49,610 nucleotides of DNA from Bacillota bacterium (lineage in GTDB: Bacteria > Bacillota_I > Bacilli_A > ML615J-28 > CAG-698), in assembly GCA_023422115.1 (NCBI GenBank), contig JAEZSA010000064.1, positions 1-49,610 of the forward strand, in the 5' to 3' direction. Numbering within the stretch: the first letter of the stretch is position 1; each line of letters begins with the position of its first letter. A program made the translations under genes and the position numbers. The notes below the pieces were generated by a model. That model was not told the origin of the DNA and did not search any database. It was given only the letters and a program-made list of their open reading frames with translations. Below, in pieces: positions 8,868 to 18,505 of the stretch.

Positions 8868-9665
8868 ATGAAAATTTTTATGAGTATTGATATTGAAGGT
8901 ATTAATGGTATTTGTCATTGGGAAGAAACAGAAACCTCTTCCCCACGATATAAAGAATTTCAGGAAGAATTACAACGAGAAGTAAATGCTGCGTGTCGTG
9001 GAGCTATCCGTGCAGGGGCAACAGAAATTGTGATTAAAGATGCCCACGATAGTGCGAGAAATTTAAATATTCTTGATTTACCAGAAGCCGTTAAACTTCA
9101 TCGTGGTTGGGAAGGATCTCTTTGTAGTATGATGGCAGGATTAGATGAATCGTTTGATGCTGTTATATTTATTGGATATCATAGTCCTTCACGCTCAAAT
9201 GGAAATCCCTTATCCCACACTATGAATACAAATATTTTTCATGTTAAGATAAACGATGTAATCGCCAGCGAATTTATGATTAATTCTTATTATGCTTCAT
9301 CATTGAATGTTCCTATTGCTTTTTTAAGTGGAGACGCTAATCTTACTACTCTTGTAAAAGAAATGAATTCTAATATTGAAACCGTTGCTAGTAAAGAAGG
9401 TCGCTTTAATGCCGTCATTTCCAAACATCCAAATGTTACTTGCAAAGAAATTGAGGAAGGTGTCTTCTCAGCTCTATCTAAAGACTTATCAAAAAACATC
9501 GTATCTTTACCAAAGAAGTTCGATATTGAAATACAATATAAACGTCATACAGATGCTTATCGAAATTCATTCTTTCCTGGTTGTAACCTTTTAGGAAGTG
9601 ATTGTATTACTTGTCAAGCATTGAATTATAACGATATCTTAACAGTATTCAAATTTATCTTATAA
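8868..9665 (+). CDS. peptidase M55 family (DppA-type D-aminopeptidase)
   Basis: MKIFMSIDIEGINGI..., IKDAHDSARN and IGYHS motifs. AGGAGG RBS before ATG 8868. Confidence 0.85.
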   Translation: MKIFMSIDIEGINGICHWEETETSSPRYKEFQEELQREVNAACRGAIRAGATEIVIKDAHDSARNLNILDLPEAVKLHRGWEGSLCSMMAGLDESFDAVIFIGYHSPSRSNGNPLSHTMNTNIFHVKINDVIASEFMINSYYASSLNVPIAFLSGDANLTTLVKEMNSNIETVASKEGRFNAVISKHPNVTCKEIEEGVFSALSKDLSKNIVSLPKKFDIEIQYKRHTDAYRNSFFPGCNLLGSDCITCQALNYNDILTVFKFIL

Positions 9666-9690
9666 AAAAAACTCCACTTGTGTGGAGTTT

Positions 9691-10815
9691 TTATATTTGC
9701 ATTGGTTCTACTACTTTTTCTCTAACCGTTCTAATTGTTCTTCTAATTAAATTTGCACTTTCAAACAAGCAAGCAAAAATCATCGGTTTGAAGACGTTGA
9801 TTCCCAAATCTCCTTCTTCTACTGCTCGAGAAACTGTTAAATCATTTCCCATGATATAGAACGAGATTTGTCTAACCATATCTAAAACAACATTATTGTC
9901 TGTGAATGTAAGGAAATCCTGTACTTGAGGAATCTTTATTTGTCCAGCATTTGACAATGCTTTCATATCACTTGCGATTTTTGAGAAGTTTATAATCATA
10001 TTCTTCAAAACGGAAGAAACCATCATAAACCCATTTAAACTGCGAATGGAGTCAAATGCGTTTTTGGAGTAATTATAACTTTCACTATTCGATAAACTTA
10101 AGTTCTTTACGAATTTTTTTAAATACTCTTCTCTTTTTTGCTCTTCATCGATTTGTAATGCTAATCCAAAATGAATCTCTAGCATCGAATCTAATGCTTT
10201 ATCCAAACGTTTAATATCTTTTTCTAGAATACTTGCCATGGATGCCAATTGATAACCAAATGATTTAGGATCATCTTTGCTTAGATTCACTTGCTCAATC
10301 TTATCATAATAAGTATTGACCAATTTTTTTGCTTCAGTCATTAGTTTTTTTACTAATCTAATCGTTGTAATTTTTCCCGCTAGGACAACAACTTCTTCAT
10401 TGTCTTGATTTAGATTGACATCTACCACAGGATCAACTTTATCATAGCGACCTTTTTCACCTCCGAGCATTTCATTTGCTCGATTGGCAATAACTTCACA
10501 TGCATTCATGTTCATTCCCATACCATAGCCATCTTGAATAGAATCGGTAACAAATTGCCCATGAAGACGTCCATTTAATATCTCATCGGCACTTAAACTA
10601 ATTGCGTTCGCTTTTTCTTTGGAAATAAAACCAAATTCATAGTTGGTCTTTGCTGCTGCTTTTTTTACATGAGCAAATGCTTTAATGTTTTGGCGACATT
10701 GCCCATGTTTTGTGATTTGAAATAGTTCTTTTGAGCGAAGAGTCTGAATACCAAAATACGATTCTGCTGGGATAATTTTTTCACCTAGTGAATCTTTTTC
10801 TATCCTATATCTCAT
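9691..10815 (-). CDS. aspartase/fumarase-superfamily paralog, catalytically degenerate and lacking the C-terminal domain
   Basis: N-terminus YRIEKDSLGEKIIPAESYFGIQTLRS and C-terminal IMGNDLTVSRAVEEGDLGINVFKPMI align with AspA/FumC. The three conserved catalytic regions read GMGMNMN (for GTSxNMN), NQDNEEVVV (for QSTNDxxPT) and VQDFLTFTDNN (for GSSIMPAKVNP). The ORF ends where domain 3 would begin. GGAGG RBS before ATG 10815. Confidence 0.75.
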   Translation of the reverse strand: MRYRIEKDSLGEKIIPAESYFGIQTLRSKELFQITKHGQCRQNIKAFAHVKKAAAKTNYEFGFISKEKANAISLSADEILNGRLHGQFVTDSIQDGYGMGMNMNACEVIANRANEMLGGEKGRYDKVDPVVDVNLNQDNEEVVVLAGKITTIRLVKKLMTEAKKLVNTYYDKIEQVNLSKDDPKSFGYQLASMASILEKDIKRLDKALDSMLEIHFGLALQIDEEQKREEYLKKFVKNLSLSNSESYNYSKNAFDSIRSLNGFMMVSSVLKNMIINFSKIASDMKALSNAGQIKIPQVQDFLTFTDNNVVLDMVRQISFYIMGNDLTVSRAVEEGDLGINVFKPMIFACLFESANLIRRTIRTVREKVVEPMQI

Positions 10816-10933
10816 AAGCGCCTCCATTTTTTAATTATTTATGCTGGGTGTAGCATTTTAATCCCATCGTTTCTTTTCTTTATCTTACCATATTTTCCGG
10901 TTAAATGAAAGACATTTTTATTTTATTCATGAA

Positions 10934-12172
10934 TCAGCAATATAGTGGGAATTGCGCTGTCAACGATAAAACTTCTTTTTTTACCTCATCTAATTTTTCT
11001 TGATTTGAATAATTTTTTAATGCTCGATTGATTAATTCAGCGACTTTTTTTATTTCCTGTTCTTTAAACCCTCGTGTGGTAACTGCTGCTGTTCCCATTC
11101 TTATTCCACTCGTGACCATTGGTTTTTCTGTATCATAGGGCACTGTATTTTTATTACAAGTGATTCCAACACTATCAAGAACGTTTGCTGCTTTTTTACC
11201 TGAAATTCCTAATGATTTTTTTGCGTTTAGAATTAATAAATGATTATCTGTTCCGTTAGCAACCAAAGTAAAACCATACTTCATTAATTCTTCTGCTAGT
11301 ATTTTTGTGTTTTGAATCACTTGCTGTTGATATAATTTAAATTCAGGTTGTAGTGCTTCTTTAAAAGCAACTGCCTTCGCAGCAATCACATGCATTAAAG
11401 GACCGCCTTGAATTCCAGGAAAAACTATTTTATCAATCTTTTTTGCAAGTTCTTCATTATTTGTTAGAATTAACCCCCCACGAGGACCTCGCAAAGTTTT
11501 ATGGGTTGTTGTTGTAACTACATCAGCATATAAAACTGGATTTTGATGTAATCCTACAGCAACTAATCCAGCAATATGTGCCATATCGACCATTAGTTTT
11601 GCTCCTACTAAATCTGCAATTTCACGGAATCGTTTAAAATCAATTGCTTTTGAATAGGCACTAGCACCAGCAACGATAAGAGCTGGTTTTTCTTTTAATG
11701 CTAGTTGTTCTAGTGCTTCATAATCTATTTCTTCTGTTTCTTTATGAACATAATAAGGAATGAATTGATAATCAACCCCAGAAAAATTTAAAGGGTGCCC
11801 ATGAGTCAAATGTCCTCCTTGATCCAAAGCCATTCCAAGAACAACGTCTTTTGCTTGCAATAACGCTCTATAAGCTCCCATATTTGCTTGTGAACCTGAA
11901 TGGGGTTGAACATTAGCATACTTCGCTTGAAAAAGTTCCTTTGCTCTCTCAATTGCTAAACGCTCTGCGACATCAACATTCTCACAACCACTATAATAAC
12001 GAGCCTTTGGATATCCTTCAGCATATTTATTAGTTAGAACAGATCCCTGCGCTTCCATTACTTCTTTTGATGTAAAGTTCTCCGAAGCAATCAATTCTAT
12101 ATTATCTTGTTGTCTTTTTAATTCTTTCTTTATTGCTTGATAAATCTCATAATCTTTTTGATATAAACTCAT
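10934..12172 (-). CDS. glyA: serine hydroxymethyltransferase
   Basis: [12 protein letters not shown]-lysine motif [24 protein letters not shown] before ATG 12172 (MSLYQKDY). Confidence 0.95.
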   Translation of the reverse strand: MSLYQKDYEIYQAIKKELKRQQDNIELIASENFTSKEVMEAQGSVLTNKYAEGYPKARYYSGCENVDVAERLAIERAKELFQAKYANVQPHSGSQANMGAYRALLQAKDVVLGMALDQGGHLTHGHPLNFSGVDYQFIPYYVHKETEEIDYEALEQLALKEKPALIVAGASAYSKAIDFKRFREIADLVGAKLMVDMAHIAGLVAVGLHQNPVLYADVVTTTTHKTLRGPRGGLILTNNEELAKKIDKIVFPGIQGGPLMHVIAAKAVAFKEALQPEFKLYQQQVIQNTKILAEELMKYGFTLVANGTDNHLLILNAKKSLGISGKKAANVLDSVGITCNKNTVPYDTEKPMVTSGIRMGTAAVTTRGFKEQEIKKVAELINRALKNYSNQEKLDEVKKEVLSLTAQFPLYC

Positions 12173-12213
12173 AACTATCACCTCATTCAATTATTATATC
12201 ATATTTTTAAATA

Positions 12214-12243
12214 GATAATAAAAAAGCTTCTAATTTGAAGCTT
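12214..12243 (-). terminator. intrinsic terminator after the GDPD gene
   Basis: Minus-strand hairpin AAGCTTC-AAATTA-GAAGCTT followed by TTTTTATTAT. It overlaps the stop codon at 12242. Confidence 0.7.
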
Positions 12244-12961
12244 ATTCTAATATGTTGGTTGTAATATAATCTATATTCCAAGAAACTAAAATCAATGCTT
12301 CAATTGGATTATTAACCGTCCATGCATTTACCTTTATATCCAAATTATGAAATTCTTCCACAATGGGTAAACTCAATTCATGATAAGCGATATCGATATC
12401 TACTTTTTCTTTTTTACATAGCTCTGGTAATTCTTTTGTATATGTTGAAGTTAAATACTGCAATGGTATAGTTTTATTAATTCTTCGTATTTTTTTTAAG
12501 TTTTCAAGATTAAACGATATGAAAGTAATATTGTTTAAATACTCAAACTCCTCTATTTCTACGAAAAGTTTATCTACATCTTTCTTTTCAAGATCGCATT
12601 TAATTTCAATAATACAGTTTTTGTTATATTTTTTAGAAACTTCTAAGTATTCTCTTAATGTTGGGATTTTTAAATAAGATCTTGTTGTTTTGCTTTCAAA
12701 ACCATACAAACAAATTTGTGATAATTCTTCATAAGTCAATTCTTTGATTATCTTCTTCACTGGTGAAACTCTTCCCGTGTGATCATCATGACAAACAACA
12801 AATACATTATCCTTTGTTAAGTGAATGTCACATTCCGTTCCATAATATGATTTATTTCCAGCTGCGATGAAAGCAGCGATAGTGTTTTCTTTTTCTAGAC
12901 CGCTCAATCCACGATGAGCAATCATTTTTACATTTTCTTTTGCAATTTTTAACGTATCCAT
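12242..12961 (-). CDS. glycerophosphodiester phosphodiesterase family protein
   Basis: MIAHRGLSGLEKENTIAAF and ECDIHLTKD motifs of the GDPD TIM-barrel, with WTVN near the C-terminus. Confidence 0.85.
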   Translation of the reverse strand: MDTLKIAKENVKMIAHRGLSGLEKENTIAAFIAAGNKSYYGTECDIHLTKDNVFVVCHDDHTGRVSPVKKIIKELTYEELSQICLYGFESKTTRSYLKIPTLREYLEVSKKYNKNCIIEIKCDLEKKDVDKLFVEIEEFEYLNNITFISFNLENLKKIRRINKTIPLQYLTSTYTKELPELCKKEKVDIDIAYHELSLPIVEEFHNLDIKVNAWTVNNPIEALILVSWNIDYITTNILE

Positions 12962-12969
12962 GAAATTCC

Positions 12970-13602
12970 TTACTTATTATACCATTCTTCAGCAAATGGT
13001 TTCGCTTTGAATTCTAATGCTTGAACATATTCATTGTAATTAATTTTTCCAGTTTGTTGTCCTATTAGAGTAACAGTATCAAAATTGGTTAGTGCAGTGT
13101 ATTTAATTTTTTCTTTTGCTAATTTCTTTTCAGTTTCTTCCAACTCATAAGAAAATAATGCTACCCCACCTAGGACTTCACAACCAAATTTTCTTAGTGT
13201 TTTAATAACACTTATAAGAGTGGTTCCTGTACGAATAGTATCATCAATTACAACAACTTTTGCCCCAGGTTTAAATGCTTCTCTTATTCTTTCATCAGAC
13301 TCTCGTAGAGCATCGTTTTCTAACACATATCCAGAAGCTACTCCTAGTGCATCACTAATTAAAACAGCAAAAGAAGTTCCAGCAATTGAAGTTCCAATAA
13401 TCATATCTACTTCAGAATAAGTTTCCTTGATTACGTTTGTCAACCATTTTGTAATTACTTTTCTAACTCTAGGGTAGGATAAAATTACTCTATTATTACA
13501 ATAAACTGGTAATCTCTCTCCTTTAGAAGAAATATACTCTGTTGAAAATCCAAAAAATATGGCTTTTATTTCTAATAAGCACTTTGCCACAGTTCTTTCC
13601 AT
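12970..13602 (-). CDS. orotate phosphoribosyltransferase-like (PyrE-like) type I PRT protein
   Basis: Collinear with Firmicute PyrE (CLLEIKAIFF..., VYCNNRVILSYP, PRPP loop VVVIDDTIRTGTT). The flexible catalytic loop region reads YVLENDALRESDERIREA rather than a Lys/Gly-rich loop. No other pyr genes are nearby. Confidence 0.7.
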   Translation of the reverse strand: MERTVAKCLLEIKAIFFGFSTEYISSKGERLPVYCNNRVILSYPRVRKVITKWLTNVIKETYSEVDMIIGTSIAGTSFAVLISDALGVASGYVLENDALRESDERIREAFKPGAKVVVIDDTIRTGTTLISVIKTLRKFGCEVLGGVALFSYELEETEKKLAKEKIKYTALTNFDTVTLIGQQTGKINYNEYVQALEFKAKPFAEEWYNK

Positions 13603-13691
13603 AGTTTCCCTCTTTTATATTTATAATTATATATATTATAATAAAAAAGGTCTTTTTTGTAAAGGCTTTCGCTAAATTGTTTGTTTAATAA

Positions 13692-13722
13692 TGAAAAAAG
13701 AACGCATCTTACGTGCGCTCTT
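13692..13722 (-). terminator. intrinsic terminator after the c-di-GMP gene
   Basis: Minus-strand stem AGAGCGCA / UGCGUUCU (one G-U pair) followed by UUUUUUCAUUAUU, immediately after the stop at 13723. Confidence 0.7.
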
Positions 13723-16700
13723 TTAATCTTGATAAACTTTACAACAATCTTTGCCCTCGTTTTTAGCTTTATACATCGCTTTATCAGCATTAAAAAACAA
13801 CGTTTTAAATGTTTTTCCATCGCGAGGAGCCATAGCGATACCGACACTTGTTGTGATTTTTAATTTTACATTCATTGTTTTGCTTAAATCTCTTGTTGCT
13901 TTTAAGATGTCTTCTGCTTTCGCAATTGCTTTTTCTTCGCTGTTTTCTTGCATCGATAATACTGCAAATTCATCTCCTCCAAGCCGACCTATAATTGCTT
14001 TAGAATGGAATATTTGCTTTAACATATTTGCAATCTTTAAAATTAATCGGTCACCCACCAAATGTCCATGTTCATCATTGATTTCTTTAAATTGATCGAT
14101 ATCAATCATATAAAAAGTAAACACTTCATTTTTCTTCATCTCGCAAAGTTTACTTTTAATCAACTCTTCTGTAACTGCTCGATTATAAAGTCCACTCATA
14201 ATGTCTTTTTGAGCTCTGTCTCTGATTCTCAACTCTTTTTCTACTTCTTTATGAACATTACAAATATTCCCTATGATGTGAAAGCCATCATTATCTTTTC
14301 CTTCAATTACCTTATAATTGATTCGGAACCACTCAAACCCTGGGTTAAGAAACGCAGCCAAAAAATCTAGACTATCATTGGTTTCTTGAGTATATTTTTT
14401 AAAGAATATTTTGGTAAATTCTTTTGCATAATCTTCGTGTATTTTTTTATTCTTGTTAATTTTTGTATGGAAGTTTTCAACAATATTTGCATGTTTACTT
14501 CCTTCTTTATCACAAGTGTAATACTTAAGTGTTTTACTATTGATATGATAATCAAAAATGTAACTTTGAGGAACACATAATAAGTTTTCGTATAAATAAA
14601 TTTTATTGCTTATCTCTTTATTGTTCTGATATTCTTTGGTAATATCAATAACCGTTGCATGGTAAAAAACATGTCCTTCATTGACATTAATGGACAAACT
14701 AATTTTAACAACGATTTTACTATTGTCTTTTTTGGTCAGTTCAACAATCTTTTCTTCGCTGTTTTGCGTTTTCTTTAACTCTTCATAATTGAATTTGAGA
14801 TCTTCTATTTTAAGATTGCTATCAATTTTACCTAGAGAAAACAATTTACAATATTCTTGATGAGAATAACCCAAAATTTCACTCATCTTTTTATTGATTA
14901 AAGTGATTTTAATTTTATTATCTTGTTCCCAACAAACGACACCTATTTTTAAGAAATCGAGTGATCGATTTAGAATAGAAATATTATCTCTCGTTGTAAT
15001 TAGTTTTTCTTTATCTTCACTATAATCAAAAAATACCCCTTGAATTACTTCTACTCCTTCAACATTGATTGATTGATAAACAGTGAGACGATACCATCCA
15101 ATGCTACCATTTTTTCGCTTTAATCTAACATCATAGTTAAATTGTTTGCCTTGTTTCAACTCTGCTATTATTTGCTTCTTTAAACGATGACTCTCTTCTT
15201 TTATTAAAAGTTGAGATATGTTTTTTTCAGTAATTTCTAGAATGTCTTTTTCGTTCGTATATCCAAGCATTTCACATGCTGATTGGTTAGCAGAAATTAT
15301 CCTAGGATTAGCACTCAAAGAGAATTGAATGATGCCACAAGGAATTTTATCATATAATCTAGTAAAGAAACGATAGGATTGTATAATCTTTTCCTCTTGA
15401 AAACTCAATAATTCTCTATCTTGAACACTAGTAGTAACATCACTGATAGCAATTGAAATCAAAGGCTTTTTCATTGAACCGCCAAGATAACTAATATTTG
15501 AATCTAGCCAAATTACAACCTTATCAGCGCGATATCTTCTAAATAATAGTTTTTCTGGTTTTTTATTCCTTATTGCTCTTTTACAAGCTTCAATTAGTTT
15601 TCTTCTATCCTCTTCATATATTTGTTGTAAGATAGTCTGTGAATCGCGCAAAAAAGTTTCTTTGTCATAATTCATAATTTGATAATACGCTTGATTGACT
15701 CTTAGCGCAATTAAACTATCTTTATAAAATTCATAAACTCCAACACCACTAGCTATATTATCCAAAAAATATGTCAAGATAGGATTCCCACTAAATAATG
15801 CATCCAAATCGAGGTAATCTGAAACCAATTGAATCGGTGCTTTACCTATTTGTACTTTTGGATTCGATCTTAAATATTTCTCAAATTGTTCGATTGGAAG
15901 CGGAGGAGAAATATAATATCCTTGAATACGATCACACCCAATGCTCTTTAAAAAATGTAATTGTGTGCTTGTTTCTACTCCTTCAGCGATGACAGGATTA
16001 TCTAGCCATTTTGCCATTCTAACTACGGATGTTAAAATACTATCTGCTCGATTGGATTCTTTCACTCCCTGTAAGAATTTCATATCTATTTTAATAATAT
16101 CAATCGGAATTTCCTTTAAAGCATTTAGTGAAGAATATCCACTCCCAAAATCATCAATCATGATTTTAAAATTTTGTTTTTTTAATTTACTAATTGTTGT
16201 TAATAATTGGATTGGATTATCGTTGTATGCTGTTTCTGTGATTTCAAAGCGAAGTAAATTATGATCTATTCCATAACTGTCGACCAATTCAACAATCTCT
16301 TCACATAAAAATGAATTGTATAAACTCAGTCGCGAAACATTAACAGAAATAGGAAATACTTCTTGTTTTGCATCAATTCTTTTCCGAATATATCGGCATG
16401 CTGTCTCCCATATATAAAAATCAAGTTTAGAAATGAATCCATTTCTTTCAAAAACAGGGATAAACACTCCTGGATTAATGATTCCTTTTTGAGGATGAAT
16501 CCATCTTGCGAGAGCTTCTGCACCTATAACTTTATTTCTTGCCAAACTGAAAACTGGCTGCAAGTATATAGTGAATTCTCGATTTTCAATTGCTTGTATC
16601 ATTTCACTAACAATTTCTCGCTCAACTACAAAACTAAGACGTAATTGATCATCATAATAGGCAAAATTTTTTTCGAATTTACCCTTTATCGTTTGCATTG

Positions 16701-18297
16701 CCAATGATGCTCGATCACACATTTGTTCAATTGGAAGATTACTATCATCAATTTCATATATTCCAGCAATGATTCTAATTTGGTTTTGTAATCTCAGCCG
16801 ACTAAGATCATCCTGGATATTATTAAATATGTTTTGGATTTCAAATTGCTCTTTTGGAAAGCATACTACAAAATGATCTGCTTCAGCTCGAGCATAAGTT
16901 CCTCGTCCAGATAACGTGCTTGCCAATCGATCGGCAATAATTTGTAAGATTTTATCTCCGGTTCTAATTCCCAACAAATCATTGATGATTTTAAATTGTT
17001 CAATATTCCATAAAACAAGAACAAATTTTTTCTGAGGATAAGTCTTAAGCATCGTATATGTAGCATTACAAAAAGCTGTTTTGTTGAAAATACCAGTTAA
17101 CAAATCATAATCTGCACGATATTTTAACTCTTCTGCTTTTTTCTGCGTTTGCTCTTCTTGAGCTTTCTCATTATTAATTTCTAAAAAAATACCATATACT
17201 AAACTTTTATTGTTTTGTTGGCGTATTTTTTCTGCGTTTAAACGAACCCAATTGATATTTGCATTTCCTTTAATAAATCTTATATCTACTTTGGTGTCAA
17301 GTTTTCTTATACTTGCTTCTTTTATATGCTTTTTAAATTTATCAACATCTTCTTCATAGATATGGTTTAATAGCATTTCACTTGGTAAGTTGTGTATTTC
17401 TTCTTTCTTTAATCCCATTAGTTTGGATAAAGTACTATTACCATAAATTAATTCTAAATCTTCACCTAACTCAAAAATAGCGATTCCACAGTTTAAATTT
17501 TCAATAATCATTGATAGCTGAGAAGACGTTCTTTCTAATTCCACTTCAGCGTTTTTAAGATTCGTAATATCAGTTAATAATACTAGCACTTCTGCTTTTT
17601 TAGTTCTAATGTTTTTACATGGTGTCCCTTGTGCATAAAACCATTTTATTTCATCTTCTTTGATTCTACTACGAAAATCGAAAGAGAAAGGTTGGTTTTC
17701 TCTAATTGCTAGCAATAATTGTTCCTTAACAAATTTTTGATCATCAGCAAGAATGTATTCTAAAATATTTGCTTCTTTATTCTGATGATATCTCTCTTCG
17801 CTGTATCCGCTAAAACTAAAGAACCCTTTATTTACATAGGTACACTTAAGAATTTCTCCCACCTCAAGCAAAAGGACTCCACCCGTAATATTATCCATGA
17901 TGGTCTGTAATTGCTCTTGTGTTTCATCTTTTTTTATAATCTCTATTATTTTTTCAAAAACACTATTATGAGTAAGGGGTAGATACAAGAAGTCGAAAAT
18001 TCCTAATTTTTGTAACGATTTTTCCTCTTCACATCCTTGCTGATTTACTATTCCTACGAGAGGAATTTCTTTAGCTTCTATCTCATCTATTAGCTCTTTG
18101 TTTATTGTTTCACTATGAAGACAAGTGTCATTAACTAAAACAAGGGATGTGCTTTCTCTTTTCTTTTCAAGCGCTTCTTTAACGATATTAGCATCATTTG
18201 TTGATACAATATCAACATTGTCACTAAAAAGGTCCTTTAAAAAGTTGGTTTTTTGATAATCGTTATCACCAATTAAAATAATTTTTTTAAGATTCAT
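13723..18297 (-). CDS. multidomain c-di-GMP signalling protein: REC-like, 2 PAS, degenerate GGDEF, EAL, PAS-like array, GGDEF
   Basis: 1524 aa.
- aa 1-125 have a receiver-like fold (D11/D13, D57), but the xKP lysine position reads YLPL.
- The first GGDEF-fold domain has EADHF at aa 472-476 (nt 16870-16884).
- The EAL domain is intact: EAL aa 594-596 (nt 16510-16518), SVNVS, FEITE, DDFGSGYSS, KIDMKF, AEGVE, QGYY.
- Three to four PAS-like modules span aa ~830-1350.
- The C-terminal domain has canonical RLGGDEF (aa 1440-1444, nt 13966-13980). Confidence 0.9.
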   Translation of the reverse strand: MNLKKIILIGDNDYQKTNFLKDLFSDNVDIVSTNDANIVKEALEKKRESTSLVLVNDTCLHSETINKELIDEIEAKEIPLVGIVNQQGCEEEKSLQKLGIFDFLYLPLTHNSVFEKIIEIIKKDETQEQLQTIMDNITGGVLLLEVGEILKCTYVNKGFFSFSGYSEERYHQNKEANILEYILADDQKFVKEQLLLAIRENQPFSFDFRSRIKEDEIKWFYAQGTPCKNIRTKKAEVLVLLTDITNLKNAEVELERTSSQLSMIIENLNCGIAIFELGEDLELIYGNSTLSKLMGLKKEEIHNLPSEMLLNHIYEEDVDKFKKHIKEASIRKLDTKVDIRFIKGNANINWVRLNAEKIRQQNNKSLVYGIFLEINNEKAQEEQTQKKAEELKYRADYDLLTGIFNKTAFCNATYTMLKTYPQKKFVLVLWNIEQFKIINDLLGIRTGDKILQIIADRLASTLSGRGTYARAEADHFVVCFPKEQFEIQNIFNNIQDDLSRLRLQNQIRIIAGIYEIDDSNLPIEQMCDRASLAMQTIKGKFEKNFAYYDDQLRLSFVVEREIVSEMIQAIENREFTIYLQPVFSLARNKVIGAEALARWIHPQKGIINPGVFIPVFERNGFISKLDFYIWETACRYIRKRIDAKQEVFPISVNVSRLSLYNSFLCEEIVELVDSYGIDHNLLRFEITETAYNDNPIQLLTTISKLKKQNFKIMIDDFGSGYSSLNALKEIPIDIIKIDMKFLQGVKESNRADSILTSVVRMAKWLDNPVIAEGVETSTQLHFLKSIGCDRIQGYYISPPLPIEQFEKYLRSNPKVQIGKAPIQLVSDYLDLDALFSGNPILTYFLDNIASGVGVYEFYKDSLIALRVNQAYYQIMNYDKETFLRDSQTILQQIYEEDRRKLIEACKRAIRNKKPEKLLFRRYRADKVVIWLDSNISYLGGSMKKPLISIAISDVTTSVQDRELLSFQEEKIIQSYRFFTRLYDKIPCGIIQFSLSANPRIISANQSACEMLGYTNEKDILEITEKNISQLLIKEESHRLKKQIIAELKQGKQFNYDVRLKRKNGSIGWYRLTVYQSINVEGVEVIQGVFFDYSEDKEKLITTRDNISILNRSLDFLKIGVVCWEQDNKIKITLINKKMSEILGYSHQEYCKLFSLGKIDSNLKIEDLKFNYEELKKTQNSEEKIVELTKKDNSKIVVKISLSINVNEGHVFYHATVIDITKEYQNNKEISNKIYLYENLLCVPQSYIFDYHINSKTLKYYTCDKEGSKHANIVENFHTKINKNKKIHEDYAKEFTKIFFKKYTQETNDSLDFLAAFLNPGFEWFRINYKVIEGKDNDGFHIIGNICNVHKEVEKELRIRDRAQKDIMSGLYNRAVTEELIKSKLCEMKKNEVFTFYMIDIDQFKEINDEHGHLVGDRLILKIANMLKQIFHSKAIIGRLGGDEFAVLSMQENSEEKAIAKAEDILKATRDLSKTMNVKLKITTSVGIAMAPRDGKTFKTLFFNADKAMYKAKNEGKDCCKVYQD

Positions 18298-18390
18298 TCA
18301 TTTTCCTCTTTATGCATACATAAGTAAGCTATAAATATTTATTTTACCTTCTAAATTTTCCCCTAAGCATAATTATATAATACTAAAATT

Positions 18391-18421
18391 GAAAAAACAA
18401 CGCTTTTTTACAATAAAGCGT
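18391..18421 (-). terminator. second (tandem) terminator-like hairpin downstream of the LRR gene
   Basis: Minus-strand ACGCTTT-loop-AAAGCGT followed by TGTTTTTTC. Confidence 0.45.
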
Positions 18422-18432
18422 CCTTTTCCTAA

Positions 18433-18470
18433 TAAAAAAAGAATTCTAAAGATTTTCTTTAGAATTCTTG
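18433..18470 (-). terminator. intrinsic terminator of the LRR lipoprotein gene
   Basis: Perfect 13-bp stem AAGAATTCTAAAG / CTTTAGAATTCTT (18439-18469) with a 5-nt loop, followed on the minus strand by TTTTTATT. Confidence 0.8.
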
Positions 18471-18505
18471 CCGCATTTTACAATTTTATATTATATCGAA
18501 TAAAA

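Noticed and set aside
13572-13847. 91-aa minus-strand ORF bridging the end of the c-di-GMP gene and the PyrE-like start
   Set aside because: It spans the intrinsic terminator and overlaps two well-supported genes in other frames. Its Lys/Leu-rich low-complexity sequence suggests it is spurious.
13751-16644. Several 60-114-aa plus-strand ORFs (13751-14095, 14062-14370, 14386-14580, 15798-15992, 15941-16264, 16363-16644), plus out-of-frame same-strand ORFs, inside the c-di-GMP gene
   Set aside because: They lie entirely within a 1524-aa ORF with clear domain homology. They have low-complexity Phe/Ile/Leu/Ser-rich composition typical of out-of-frame or antisense reading in AT-rich DNA, and no RBS. 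Treated as spurious.
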